DNA of 42,126 bases from Polyangia bacterium (GTDB taxonomy: Bacteria > Myxococcota_A > Polyangia > JAAYKL01): assembly GCA_050287845.1 (NCBI GenBank), contig JBNKCR010000088.1, forward strand, positions 1-42,126, in the 5' to 3' direction. This document shows positions 17,246 to 26,797 of the stretch, in pieces. The first letter of the stretch is position 1. Each line of letters opens with the position of its first letter. The position numbers were made by a program, and so were the translations under genes. The notes beneath the pieces are model-generated. The model saw nothing but the letters and a program-made list of their open reading frames with translations. It did not search any database and was not told the origin of the DNA.

Positions 17246-19120
17246 TCATGAATACTCAGAAAGGACTTTGAGAAATACGGCACCGTATTTTTTCAGCTTC
17301 GCCTCCCCCACGCCGGGAATCTCAAGCAACGCGTCGGCGGTTTGGGGCAACTCGTTGGCCATGGCGATGAGAGAACGATCGGAAAAAACAACATACGGCG
17401 GCACGTTTTTAGATTTCGCCAGCCGGGTGCGAAGCGCCCGCAGTTTTTCGAATACAGGAACATTTTTAAGCGAATGATCCGGCTGGATTTTTTTTCGGGA
17501 CACGCCATCCGACGATTTGGATTTTTTTTGCCGGGCATCCCGCCGGGCATCCATGATGGGCGACACCCGACACCTGAACGTTTCCACGCCCTGAAGTATT
17601 GGTCTGGCGTTTTCGCTGAGAAACAGACCGCCATGTTCGGTCTGCTCTATCAGTCGGTTCTGAATGAGGAGACCACTGATGGACAGCCACTCCGCTTTGC
17701 TTTTTTCCATCCCGATACCAAAGGTGCTCACCCGATCGTGGCCCAAATCCACCAGACGCTGTGATTTGCTCCCCCGAAGCACATCGACGATATGGGATGC
17801 GCCAAATCGCTCTCCGGTGCGATACATGCACGACATGAACTTTCTCGCCGCCTCAGTTAAATCCACCTCGGGTTGATGTCGTCGTCTGCAGTTGTCACAG
17901 GTATCGCAATGTTCCATTTTCGGTGTTTCGCCAAAATACTCCAGCAGCGGTATCCGCCGACACAGGGCACTCTCGCAATACTGCACCAGGGTATTGAGAT
18001 GTCTGCGGGCCTGTGCCTGCTCCGTCGACAACATCTGCTCAATGAAATAATTCACTTTGGCAATATCGGCGTAACTGAAGAGCAGCAGACAGTGCGCATC
18101 CAGTCCGTCCCGGCCAGCCCGGCCAATCTGCTGGTAGTAACTCTCAATATTCTTCGGAAGCTCATAATGAACAACATATCTTACGTCGGGCTTGTTGATT
18201 CCCATCCCGAACGCCACTGTGGCCACCATGACATCCACCTCGTCCATCCGGAATTTTTCCTGATAGCGAGCGCGGTCATCGTCGGCCATCCCGGCGTGGT
18301 ACGGCAGGGCCTTCACGCCTTTCTGGCAGAGCTGTCCGGCCAGACGATCCACCTGTTTGCGGGAAGCGCAATACACAATTCCCGACTGTCCCCGATGACC
18401 TTCAACCATATCAAGAACCTGTGCCAGACCATTCTGCCGCTGCGCCACCTCCAGAAACAGATTGGGGCGATCAAAACTCGAAACGAATGCATTGCCCGCA
18501 CCGAATGACAGACTGGTTCGAATGTCTTCTCTGACCCGGGGAGTCGCTGTGGCGGTCAGCGCAACGCACACCGCATCCGGAAACCGGGTCCGCACCCGGG
18601 CCAACTGTCTGTACTCCGGCCTGAATTCATGACCCCACTCCGAGATGCAATGGGCCTCGTCAATGGTAATGCACGACACTTTCACCGATGACAGAAAATC
18701 AAGCATCCGCGGCAGCAACAACGTCTCGGGAGCAACATAGAGCAGTCTGGCTTCCCCCCGGGCCACCTGGCTCATGTTGGCCCGGTATGTTTCAGAATCG
18801 ATGGCACTGTTCAACATCACCGCATTCACCCCCACATCCCGCAACTGCTCTATCTGATCCTGCATCAGACTGATGAGGGGAGAAATAATCACCGTCACAC
18901 CGGGCAACATCAGGGCAGGCACCTGATAACACAGGGACTTTCCACCACCGGTAGGCATAATCCCCAGGGTATCCCGCCCAGCCAATACATTTTCGATGAC
19001 CCGTTCCTGATCAAGGCGAAACGAATCATAGCCAAACACGCGCTTCAAAACGGCCTGTGGTGTTTCCAGAGCTGTCATGACGGGTGTCATAACAGAATCA
19101 GATTCAGATGAGTACCTCAT
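17246..19120 (-). CDS. recQ: ATP-dependent DNA helicase RecQ
   Basis: MPTGGGKSLCYQ, DEAHCISEWGHEFRP, TATA, QQIGRAGRDG, Zn-binding CRR..CDTCDNC, RQC and HRDC (PPYVVFSD). The true start may be 19090 or 19078. Confidence 0.97.
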   Translation of the reverse strand: MRYSSESDSVMTPVMTALETPQAVLKRVFGYDSFRLDQERVIENVLAGRDTLGIMPTGGGKSLCYQVPALMLPGVTVIISPLISLMQDQIEQLRDVGVNAVMLNSAIDSETYRANMSQVARGEARLLYVAPETLLLPRMLDFLSSVKVSCITIDEAHCISEWGHEFRPEYRQLARVRTRFPDAVCVALTATATPRVREDIRTSLSFGAGNAFVSSFDRPNLFLEVAQRQNGLAQVLDMVEGHRGQSGIVYCASRKQVDRLAGQLCQKGVKALPYHAGMADDDRARYQEKFRMDEVDVMVATVAFGMGINKPDVRYVVHYELPKNIESYYQQIGRAGRDGLDAHCLLLFSYADIAKVNYFIEQMLSTEQAQARRHLNTLVQYCESALCRRIPLLEYFGETPKMEHCDTCDNCRRRHQPEVDLTEAARKFMSCMYRTGERFGASHIVDVLRGSKSQRLVDLGHDRVSTFGIGMEKSKAEWLSISGLLIQNRLIEQTEHGGLFLSENARPILQGVETFRCRVSPIMDARRDARQKKSKSSDGVSRKKIQPDHSLKNVPVFEKLRALRTRLAKSKNVPPYVVFSDRSLIAMANELPQTADALLEIPGVGEAKLKKYGAVFLKVLSEYS

Positions 19121-19176
19121 TTACGTATCTGGTACTTATCTGGGGCCGGTCTGCGGATGCGCCAATGGATGGGCCA

Positions 19177-19243
19177 TGAAACATTCCGTTGTAAGATGAA
19201 ACATAATGTTTCACAAATTGTTTCACCACTCATTCCTGAAACA
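19177..19243. promoter_or_regulatory. TGAAACA repeat array including the palindrome TGAAACATAATGTTTCA (putative enhancer)
   Basis: TGAAACA at 19177, 19197 and 19237; TGTTTCA at 19207 and 19219. Confidence 0.65.
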
Positions 19244-19285
19244 TTCAATTCCGAAATTCCGTTGTCATTCCAGCATTTTTTAAAG

Positions 19286-19301
19286 TGGTCTCAACTTTGC
19301 T
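19286..19301 (+). promoter_or_regulatory. sigma54 promoter of the NifX/Orp operon
   Basis: TGGTCTCAACTTTGCT, GG-N10-GC, 24 bp before the ATG, which has an AGGAGG RBS. Confidence 0.65.
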
Positions 19302-19325
19302 TTAAGGCTCTGGGCAGGAGGTACC

Positions 19326-19748
19326 ATGAAGGTAGCAGTTCCCCTTTTGGGAAACGATGTGGCCCCCCGGTTTGGTGAGGCGAATCAGTTTCTTATTGCA
19401 GAGAGTTATGATGGTGAGGTGGCGTCGTGGGAAACCGTGGATATTGACCGAATTGGCGACTGGGTATTTCGGCTGTCCGAACTGGCGGGATACCGGGTGA
19501 AGGTGACGCTCTGCTGCGGATTCAATCGGTTCTACTGGCCATTGGCTATTGACAGGGGAATTCGCGTTATCACCGGTGCCACCGGGGATGCCCGAAAACT
19601 GGTGAAAGCCTTCGTGCACGGAGAGAAACTTCCGCTGTTACCATGCTGCGCGTCCCCCGGACGACACCGTTATCAGAAACGGAACGGATATCGTTGCGAA
19701 CCATCTCGAATGCTGCCACTGGCGGGATTCGACAAACGAAAGGATTGA
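19326..19748 (+). CDS. NifB/NifX (FeMo-co-binding domain) family protein
   Basis: MKVAVP...VAPRFG.A...LCCGF...GIRVI..ATG. Confidence 0.8.
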   Translation: MKVAVPLLGNDVAPRFGEANQFLIAESYDGEVASWETVDIDRIGDWVFRLSELAGYRVKVTLCCGFNRFYWPLAIDRGIRVITGATGDARKLVKAFVHGEKLPLLPCCASPGRHRYQKRNGYRCEPSRMLPLAGFDKRKD

Positions 19749-20032
19749 TGATGCCAGGATTTGACAGAACAGGACCAGCCGGGGAAGGCCCCCGTACGGG
19801 TCGTAACATGGGTAGATGTCCGCATTTAGCGGATGACATTGACACGAATATTACGCCGGAACCGGAAGATGAAGCGCGAATGTTTTTTGGGCGAAGAGGA
19901 CGGTCGTTCTGCTGCGGTCGTGGATTCGGCGGGGGAATGCGTCCCGCCAATCGCGCTGCACGGGCTGGACAGGCTGGCCGAGGGGGACGGGGACGCGGGA
20001 TAGTCGGTTTTAGAAGAAGAAGGAGAGGATAG
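19748..20032 (+). CDS. DUF5320-type Gly/Arg-rich small protein
   Basis: MPGFDRTGP.GEGPRTGR.MG.C N-terminus and GRGFGGG/GRGGRG tail; TGATG overlap with the upstream gene. Confidence 0.8.
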   Translation: MMPGFDRTGPAGEGPRTGRNMGRCPHLADDIDTNITPEPEDEARMFFGRRGRSFCCGRGFGGGMRPANRAARAGQAGRGGRGRGIVGFRRRRRG

Positions 20033-20037
20033 TGCAT

Positions 20038-20424
20038 ATGGAGGGTAAAAGAATTGCCGTTGCGCTGGAAAGCAATGGCACACAGGAAGGTACTGTAAGC
20101 GCCCACTTCGGCAGATGTCCGGCATATGGCGTGTGGTGTATTGAAAACGGCATCCCCGTGAAAAAAGAAGTGGTGTCCAATCCGTACCTGCAACAACATC
20201 AGCCGGGAATAGTGCCCGGATTCATCCAGACCCTGCACGTCAACGTGATGATTGCCGGCGGTATGGGACCCCGGGCCATTGATATTTTTGGTGAAATGGG
20301 CATTGAAGTGGTGACCGGCGCCGTGGGCAACCCCGAACATGTTGTGGCGGCCTGGCATCGCGGTGAGCTCAAAGGCATCGTGCCCTGCAGTCACGACCAT
20401 GAGGAGAGCTGTGGTGGACACTGA
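20038..20424 (+). CDS. NifB/NifX family protein
   Basis: VSAHFGRC, NP..QH.PG..P, IAGGMGPRA, C-terminal CSHDHEESCGGH. Confidence 0.88.
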   Translation: MEGKRIAVALESNGTQEGTVSAHFGRCPAYGVWCIENGIPVKKEVVSNPYLQQHQPGIVPGFIQTLHVNVMIAGGMGPRAIDIFGEMGIEVVTGAVGNPEHVVAAWHRGELKGIVPCSHDHEESCGGH

Positions 20425-20434
20425 AATAAACAGA

Positions 20435-20797
20435 ATGACCGGCAAAATTGCGATTTCCGTTTCAAACCGGAACGGACAGAAAGCGCCAGTGGATGAGCGA
20501 TTCGGACGGGCGCCATATTTTTTACTGGCGAATGAGGACAATTATCCGCTCATGGAGACGATTCGCAATGAACAGGCGCAAGCGGTACATGGAGCAGGAA
20601 CCAGTGTGGCTGCGCTGATGGCCCGAAACGGTGTGACCGATGTCATCTCCGGACAATTCGGTCCCAAAGCATACACCGCGTTGGAGAAGCTGAATGTGCG
20701 CATGTGGGTAGCCCCTTCAGGATTAAGTGCCAATCAGGTTCTTGTAGAATTTTTTAAAGGAAATCTATCACAGCATAAAATGAAGGAATACCGATGA
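20435..20797 (+). CDS. NifB/NifX family protein, orange protein (Orp)-like
   Basis: VDERFGRAPYF, N..A..HGAG, SGQFGPKA motifs. Confidence 0.85.
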   Translation: MTGKIAISVSNRNGQKAPVDERFGRAPYFLLANEDNYPLMETIRNEQAQAVHGAGTSVAALMARNGVTDVISGQFGPKAYTALEKLNVRMWVAPSGLSANQVLVEFFKGNLSQHKMKEYR

Positions 20798-21657
20798 AGG
20801 TTGCCGTGGCGGGTGGAAAAGGCGGTACCGGAAAAACCCTTGTGGCCACCGCATTGGCACTGAAGTTATCTGTCAACTCAAACCGTGTGGTGTATTGCGA
20901 TGCAGATGCGGAAGGCCCCAACGGTAAGCTGTTTCTACATCCGGATATCAAACGCGTCATTTCTCACAGCGTGGTGATTCCCGCATTGAATGCACCCCAG
21001 TGCAGCGGATGCGGAACCTGTCAGAGCATCTGCGCATACAACGCAATATTGACGGTGGGAAAAAAGGTCATCGTGTTTCCAGAACTGTGTCACAGCTGCA
21101 ATGCCTGCTTTATCGCGTGTACCGATGGCATGCTTGCGCGACATAACCGCCATATCGGAAATATTTCCGTGGGAACGGCTGGCAGCATCCGTTTTTATGA
21201 AGCGTCGCTTAACGTCGGAGAGGCACGGGTAGCGCCGCTTATCTCCGGTGCAATGACTGTGGTAGACAGGGAAACGTCGGATTTCACAATCATTGACAAC
21301 CCACCTGGAACATCGTGTGCGGCAGTGGCTGGACAGGAAAAAGCGGACGCAATCGTGCTGGTGACAGAACCCACACCATTCGGTCTGCACGATTTGAAAC
21401 TGGCACTGGCATTGGGCCGGCAGTTGCAGAAGCCGATGGTTTCGGTATTGAACCGGGCAGACCTTGGTGATGCGACGGAATTGACCGAATACCTCACCAC
21501 GGAGAATGTACCCCTTGTGGCCCGCATTCCGTTTGATACGAAAATTGCCACATTCACTGCTGACGGGCATTCTCCCCTTGGGCAGGTCCCGGCATTCGAT
21601 GACCAGATTGCACAAATCGTTGCTCATTTGGTACAGATGAAAGAGAAAATGGCATGA
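20794..21657 (+). CDS. MinD-superfamily P-loop ATPase with inserted 4Fe-4S ferredoxin domain (COG1149-like)
   Basis: GGKGGTGKT, CSGCGTCQSIC, CHSCNACFIAC, DNPPGTSC, VTEPTPFGLHDL. Confidence 0.92.
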   Translation: MKVAVAGGKGGTGKTLVATALALKLSVNSNRVVYCDADAEGPNGKLFLHPDIKRVISHSVVIPALNAPQCSGCGTCQSICAYNAILTVGKKVIVFPELCHSCNACFIACTDGMLARHNRHIGNISVGTAGSIRFYEASLNVGEARVAPLISGAMTVVDRETSDFTIIDNPPGTSCAAVAGQEKADAIVLVTEPTPFGLHDLKLALALGRQLQKPMVSVLNRADLGDATELTEYLTTENVPLVARIPFDTKIATFTADGHSPLGQVPAFDDQIAQIVAHLVQMKEKMA

Positions 21658-22529
21658 AACAGGTGGTGTTTGTAAGCGGCAAGGGAGGCACTGGAAAAAC
21701 CTCAGTGACCGCCGCGCTTGCTATTCTGTCACCCACACCCACAGTCATGGCTGACCTGGATGTGGATGCGGCCAATCTCTCTTTATTGTTTGATGGCACG
21801 CAAAAACAGGAGCTGCCGTTCATGGGGCAGCCTCGGGCGAAAATTGTTCCGGCAGCCTGTACGGGATGTGGTCAATGTTTGTCGGCCTGTGCCTTTTCGG
21901 CACTGCATCTTGAAGAGGCCAAAGCTTCGGTGAATCCGTTTTCCTGTGAAGGCTGTCATGCCTGCGCCCTGGTATGTCCCGAAGAAGCGCTGTCCTTTGT
22001 ACCGCATCAATCCGGTGTCATTCATGTGGAATCAGTGGAAAAGGGCGCCATGGTTCATGCGGAAATGGGTGTGGCCGAAGACAACAGCGGAAAACTGGTG
22101 AGTGAAGTCCGGAAGGTTGCCAGGCAAGCTGCGGCAGAACTGGATGCCAAACTCATTTTACTGGATGGTCCCCCCGGAATTGGCTGTCCGGTACATGCGG
22201 CATTGAACAACGTGCACCTTGCGGTTATTGTGACCGAGCCCAGCGCCTCAGGTATCAATGATTTTGAACGGATTCTGCAGCTATGTGGCCATTTCAGCGT
22301 GCCGGTGGCGGTGGTAATCAACAAATCCACCCTGGCGCCATGGCTGACCAGTCAGATTCTGAACAGATGCACCGAAAGTGGCATCCCCATTCTGGGGGTT
22401 ATCGAATTTTCAAAAGATGTCCCCCTGGCGCTTTCAAAGGGCAAATCACTGCTGGAGGTGGCAGGCATCCGTCCCGAGCTGGCGCAGATTCACATCCGGA
22501 TAATGGACCTGGTGAACAATGACCGCTGA
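21654..22529 (+). CDS. Second MinD-superfamily 4Fe-4S ATPase (COG1149-like)
   Basis: SGKGGTGKTS, DLDVDAANL, CTGCGQC..C, CEGCHAC..CP, NSGKLV, DGPPGIGCP, VTEPS.SG. Confidence 0.92.
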   Translation: MKQVVFVSGKGGTGKTSVTAALAILSPTPTVMADLDVDAANLSLLFDGTQKQELPFMGQPRAKIVPAACTGCGQCLSACAFSALHLEEAKASVNPFSCEGCHACALVCPEEALSFVPHQSGVIHVESVEKGAMVHAEMGVAEDNSGKLVSEVRKVARQAAAELDAKLILLDGPPGIGCPVHAALNNVHLAVIVTEPSASGINDFERILQLCGHFSVPVAVVINKSTLAPWLTSQILNRCTESGIPILGVIEFSKDVPLALSKGKSLLEVAGIRPELAQIHIRIMDLVNNDR

Positions 22530-22869
22530 ACCGGCAGCGTTCCGACTCGGAGAGGAAAACCCCGGCCTTCCCTTGAACATTCAATATGAACATCACCGCA
22601 AGAGCCATTGTCACTGTATCGTTTGCGGCAACGCCGGCGACTTGAGCGTCCGATTTCTGCACCCGGCGCCATGGGATGCGCCGCTGGAAATTCGCGCAAA
22701 CATTGTGGCGAACCATCGAATCCTGTACCGTCTGGAATCGAAAATAACCTGCGAAAATCGCCAACTGGCCCGTGGCGCGGCCCGCTTCATGGTCCCCAGA
22801 AAAAATCTGACAAAAACGGACAACAATTTTTCTGGATACAACGAACGGTGGTTTCGCCTTAATCTATAA
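22519..22869 (+). pseudogene. PaaI/hot-dog thioesterase with in-frame internal deletion
   Basis: H..CIVCG is joined directly to DLSVRFLHP...A.GAARFM; the central HGG/LLD helix is absent. Confidence 0.6.
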
Positions 22870-22937
22870 AATCTCCGTCCAGAAACAGTTGGCACACCCT
22901 TGCGCGTTCAATTCATCATTTTTTGCAACATTAGCAT

Positions 22938-23582
22938 TCACATGGCCAGGGTGGCCTGAATGGTTTCCTCGGATACGACGCCGGCGCGAATGATTCTGGG
23001 GATATCCCGGGTCACATCCACCAGGGTGGAAGAGCGGCTCATGGAAAGATCGCCGTTTTCGACCATCAGAGAAATGCTTCGGCCAAAATTTTTCTTCACC
23101 TGCGCCAGGGAACCGGCGCCCCCTTTCCGGGAAATATTCGCACTCGACACCAGAAGCGGCTTTCCGAAAGACTTCACCACGGTCTGGGCGATTCCCGCAT
23201 CCGGCACCCGAATGCCCAGCCAGCCCTTGGCTCTGGTCAATGGCTTTCGTATTTTAGGTGGCAATCCTTCGCCCGCTGCAAACAATAAGGTCACCGGGCC
23301 GGGCCACAATTCGCTCATCAATCGGGACGCCTCGGATGAGATGGAATCCGCAATATTTTCAACATGAGTTCTATCCGGCACCAGCACCAGCGCAGGCGCA
23401 CTCCTGACGCGGCGTTTTGCCTGAATCATGGCCATCACGGCCCGTTGCGATTCAAGATTCGCCATCAGTTTGTATCCCGACGGTGTGGGAATACAGACAA
23501 TTCCGTCGTCCGCCAGTATGTCGTTCATTTCGTTTAATATTGAAGGGTTTTCTTTGAATTCAGTATAAGAAACCGTTTTCAT
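22938..23582 (-). CDS. tsaC: Sua5/YrdC family (L-threonylcarbamoyladenylate synthase-like)
   Basis: KRR, LWPGPVT, GIRVP, SSAN, SSTLVD, IRAG; GGAGG RBS. The PTETVYG motif has diverged to PTPSGYK. Confidence 0.75.
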   Translation of the reverse strand: MKTVSYTEFKENPSILNEMNDILADDGIVCIPTPSGYKLMANLESQRAVMAMIQAKRRVRSAPALVLVPDRTHVENIADSISSEASRLMSELWPGPVTLLFAAGEGLPPKIRKPLTRAKGWLGIRVPDAGIAQTVVKSFGKPLLVSSANISRKGGAGSLAQVKKNFGRSISLMVENGDLSMSRSSTLVDVTRDIPRIIRAGVVSEETIQATLAM

Positions 23583-23679
23583 CAGACCTCCTTTAAAAAA
23601 ATGCCAGATCCTGTTCGCCCCAAAAAAACAATTCTCTATGGGTTTTATTTCTCCTTTCCGCCGCAAAAGTGGCTCCGCA

Positions 23680-25908
23680 TCACAATCGATATCGCTTCCG
23701 CTTCTTTGCCATCATCCGGTTGTCCGCTTCTTTGAGAATGTCATCGAGAGAGCGGGTGCCAGATGGCTCAAAATAACTGGACCCCACCGACATGGACAAG
23801 GTGAATGGCCTGCCGCTGCAGGCATTGAATTCATCCAGTTTTTCCCGCAATCGCAACAGAATCTTGCTCTCGGGCTCCAGCATGTCCCCCACATGTAAAA
23901 TTACCGTGAATTCATCACCGCCAATGCGGGCGATAATATCCTTGTTGCGAAATGTATCCGTCAAAACGCCCGCCGCTCCGGAAATGGCCGCATCTCCTTC
24001 ATCGTGGCCGTACAGATCATTGATGCGCTTGAGACCATCCAGATCCGAGTAAAATACAAGTAATTTTCCTCCCGCCATTCGGGCGGCGTCAATCATTTTT
24101 CGGCTCAGCTCCACAAACCCTCTGCGATTATACAGCCCCGTCAATTCATCCACCATAGACTGCACTTTCAGGTCATGCATCATCATGGCACTTTTCAACG
24201 AAGAGCCAATATGCAGTCGAAGTTCCTCATACATAAAGAAAGGCTGGTCATCCACATAGTCAAATACAACAAATCCAAACTGCTCATTTCTGAAGAAAAT
24301 CGGCATGAAAATATATGTGCCGCTTTCTTTGGAACGTAATTTCTCCGGAATGAGTTCATGGGTGGGAAACAGCACTTTTTCGTCATTGTCCATCTTCACG
24401 CCGGTGTGTCTGTTGAACCCCACCACCAGCTGAGACATTTCGGGAAATCGCCATTTTTCCTTTGTGATTTTAAAGGCCGAATCGTACAGAGCAAAAACAA
24501 ACGTTCGAATATTGATTTCAGGAAAATCCTCCAGGATGGTCACCTTCAATCGATTCACATCGAAGGTGGTGATAATTTTCTGCGACGTTTCCCGAATTTT
24601 CAGACCAAATGCCGCTTCCTGCATATTGCGCGTCTGCGCTTCGCGCAGCTTGTATTCCCGAAGCAGAATCTGGGCCTGCTGCAGCATCCCGTTGCCCCGG
24701 GAAAGCAGATTGATATTATCTCCCAATGTTCCGAGATAGCTCGACAATTCGATGAGCACCATCTGGAGGGAATCCACATTGCCGCTGGTCCCCTCCACCA
24801 CAAACAGGTATCGGTCAAGGCTATTCAGAAATTCATGAAATACGCCCTCGCCGTGAATCCCCACCTCAAACGCCAGCAATATCGCTTCAATATTCTGTAC
24901 AATTTCACGCGAGTCAGCATCATTTCGCAGATTTCGCCCCAGCGCGTTTCCCGCCTTCTGCAGAATTCGCCTCAGCACCACATCCCGGGTCACGGGCAGT
25001 GTATATGGCTCGCTGGGCGGTGTGGAATTTCGGATGGTACTGGGAAAACAGCCACACGAACGGCGATACACCGGATGGGCCGGCATCACTTTCACCATCT
25101 GGGGATAGCGTCCATCAATCTGCGCCATCACCGCATCCAGCGCCGTGGACCCCATCTGGAACAGGGGCTGCCGCACGGTTGACAGGGCGGGAAGCACAAA
25201 CGCGGCATCGGCGGTGTCGTCAAACCCCGCCACGGCAATATCAATGGGAATATGTTTATGGCGTTTTTTCAGTTCCGAAATCACTCCCAGGGCGACCTCG
25301 TCGTTCACACAGATTATCGCATCGAAATGAATGGCGGAAGCAAACAGATAACGCACCGCCGATACCCCGGAACGGGCCGTGAACGTTCCCTCACACACCA
25401 GCCTCGGGTCATAGGCGATACCATTTTTTATCAGCCCCTGCTTGTACGCCGCAAACCGCTCTTCCGCTTCACTGTGGCCGGACGGTCCCTTGACAAAAAC
25501 AATGCGTTTATACCCATGAATGCTGACGAAATGGTCCACCATGTCCACCACGCCGGAGGTATTGTCCGGAATGATACTCGGCACGTTCGGAATAACGTAC
25601 GATACGCTGACTACCGGCATCTCCAGAAAGTCCTGATAAAATTCCTCCAGGCGAACGCCGTCCAGAAATTCGGCAATGGTGCCGGTGAACAGAATGAACC
25701 CATCCAGCTGGCATCGCAACACGAAATCCTTCACGATTTGCAGGTGCAGGTCCAGGCTGTCCACCCGATCCTGACTGGTGGCCACAAAGGTATGCACCTC
25801 CACATCCCGGGCGCGGGCGGCACGAAAAATGCCCTTCCACATCAGCGACTGACAGGCCTCATGTAACGACGAAACCATCACGCCAATTCTAATTTTTCGT
25901 GTCTTCAT
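23680..25908 (-). CDS. Diguanylate cyclase with LacI-type sugar-binding sensor domain
   Basis: DN..G, H..SIHGYKRI, EAEERF, AIICVND..A.G, VAGFDD, LSTVRQP, RRSCGC; C-terminal DELTGLYNRRG, INDLYGH.EGD, RNKD I-site, GGDEF. Confidence 0.93.
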   Translation of the reverse strand: MKTRKIRIGVMVSSLHEACQSLMWKGIFRAARARDVEVHTFVATSQDRVDSLDLHLQIVKDFVLRCQLDGFILFTGTIAEFLDGVRLEEFYQDFLEMPVVSVSYVIPNVPSIIPDNTSGVVDMVDHFVSIHGYKRIVFVKGPSGHSEAEERFAAYKQGLIKNGIAYDPRLVCEGTFTARSGVSAVRYLFASAIHFDAIICVNDEVALGVISELKKRHKHIPIDIAVAGFDDTADAAFVLPALSTVRQPLFQMGSTALDAVMAQIDGRYPQMVKVMPAHPVYRRSCGCFPSTIRNSTPPSEPYTLPVTRDVVLRRILQKAGNALGRNLRNDADSREIVQNIEAILLAFEVGIHGEGVFHEFLNSLDRYLFVVEGTSGNVDSLQMVLIELSSYLGTLGDNINLLSRGNGMLQQAQILLREYKLREAQTRNMQEAAFGLKIRETSQKIITTFDVNRLKVTILEDFPEINIRTFVFALYDSAFKITKEKWRFPEMSQLVVGFNRHTGVKMDNDEKVLFPTHELIPEKLRSKESGTYIFMPIFFRNEQFGFVVFDYVDDQPFFMYEELRLHIGSSLKSAMMMHDLKVQSMVDELTGLYNRRGFVELSRKMIDAARMAGGKLLVFYSDLDGLKRINDLYGHDEGDAAISGAAGVLTDTFRNKDIIARIGGDEFTVILHVGDMLEPESKILLRLREKLDEFNACSGRPFTLSMSVGSSYFEPSGTRSLDDILKEADNRMMAKKRKRYRL

Positions 25909-26008
25909 ATTTGCAGATTCAGTATAACTTCAATGTTCATGTTCGCAAACGGAAATCCCTTCCCCAACTGGGAGAAGACATTGTCCCGAACTTCTCCGAT
26001 GTTGTCGG

Positions 26009-26566
26009 TTACCACTGAAAATAGTGCACTACAACGGCCTTTACGCCAAGGCCAATCAACACAATCCCCGCCAGAGGCTCCAGTCGATGACTGATTCGCG
26101 CGGCAAATTTTCCGGCAAGTATCATTCCCAACAGCGTGATCACCGCCGCCACCACACCGATAACGGAAACCACCAGGGCAATGGACACATTCTCCAGACC
26201 AAGGGTGAATCCCACTGCCAGTGCATCAATGCTCACGGCCATCGAAAGCATGACGAGTTGCATCCCCCGAGTTGGATCTTTCGCATATGCATCGCCATCC
26301 CCTTCCATGCTTTCATATATCATCTTTCCTCCGACCAACGTCAGCAGTACAAATGCCACCCAGTGAGAAATACTGGACATCAGATAGCTCATCCACTCGC
26401 CCAGCACCGCCCCAATCAGCGGCATCAGCGCCTGAAACAGCCCAAAATGAAATGACAATCGAAATATCTGGCGGAGCTTCCGGTGAGAGATGCCCACGGC
26501 GACGCCCACCGCAAAAGCATCAACAGCCAACGCCAGTGCCACAAGTATGATTTCGGTAAATAACAA
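26009..26566 (-). CDS. mntP: Manganese efflux pump MntP
   Basis: ALAVDAFAV, FGLFQALMP, HWVAF.LL..VG.KMI, AVSIDALAVG. Confidence 0.93.
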   Translation of the reverse strand: MLFTEIILVALALAVDAFAVGVAVGISHRKLRQIFRLSFHFGLFQALMPLIGAVLGEWMSYLMSSISHWVAFVLLTLVGGKMIYESMEGDGDAYAKDPTRGMQLVMLSMAVSIDALAVGFTLGLENVSIALVVSVIGVVAAVITLLGMILAGKFAARISHRLEPLAGIVLIGLGVKAVVVHYFQW

Positions 26567-26797
26567 TGCCCCAGGTCCTTCTGAAGTATCCGACCGCGTT
26601 TTTGGGACGCAGACATGCGTCGCCCTTTCGATGCAGAACGTTTATTCTTTTCATGCGATGGATGCAACCGCGATAATAATGAAATACCGGCAACACCGGG
26701 AATTTTACCAATACTGAACATCTGTTTTTCGCTTGCTCAAAGACACGCGTCTGGATACATTGCCCGGACCAACTGAACAAATTATGAGGCATTGTTC

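Noticed and set aside
19326..20797. Nitrogen fixation cluster
   Set aside because: Only NifX-like domains are present; no nifH, nifD, nifK or radical-SAM NifB.
22890..22903. TGGCACACCCTTGC as a sigma54 promoter
   Set aside because: Spacing is GG-N9-GC rather than N10, and it lies between convergent genes.
26567..26790. yybP-ykoY manganese riboswitch expected upstream of mntP
   Set aside because: I cannot find its conserved GGGGAGUA or GAGACC elements on the minus strand; only a short GACGCA/TGCGTC hairpin is present.
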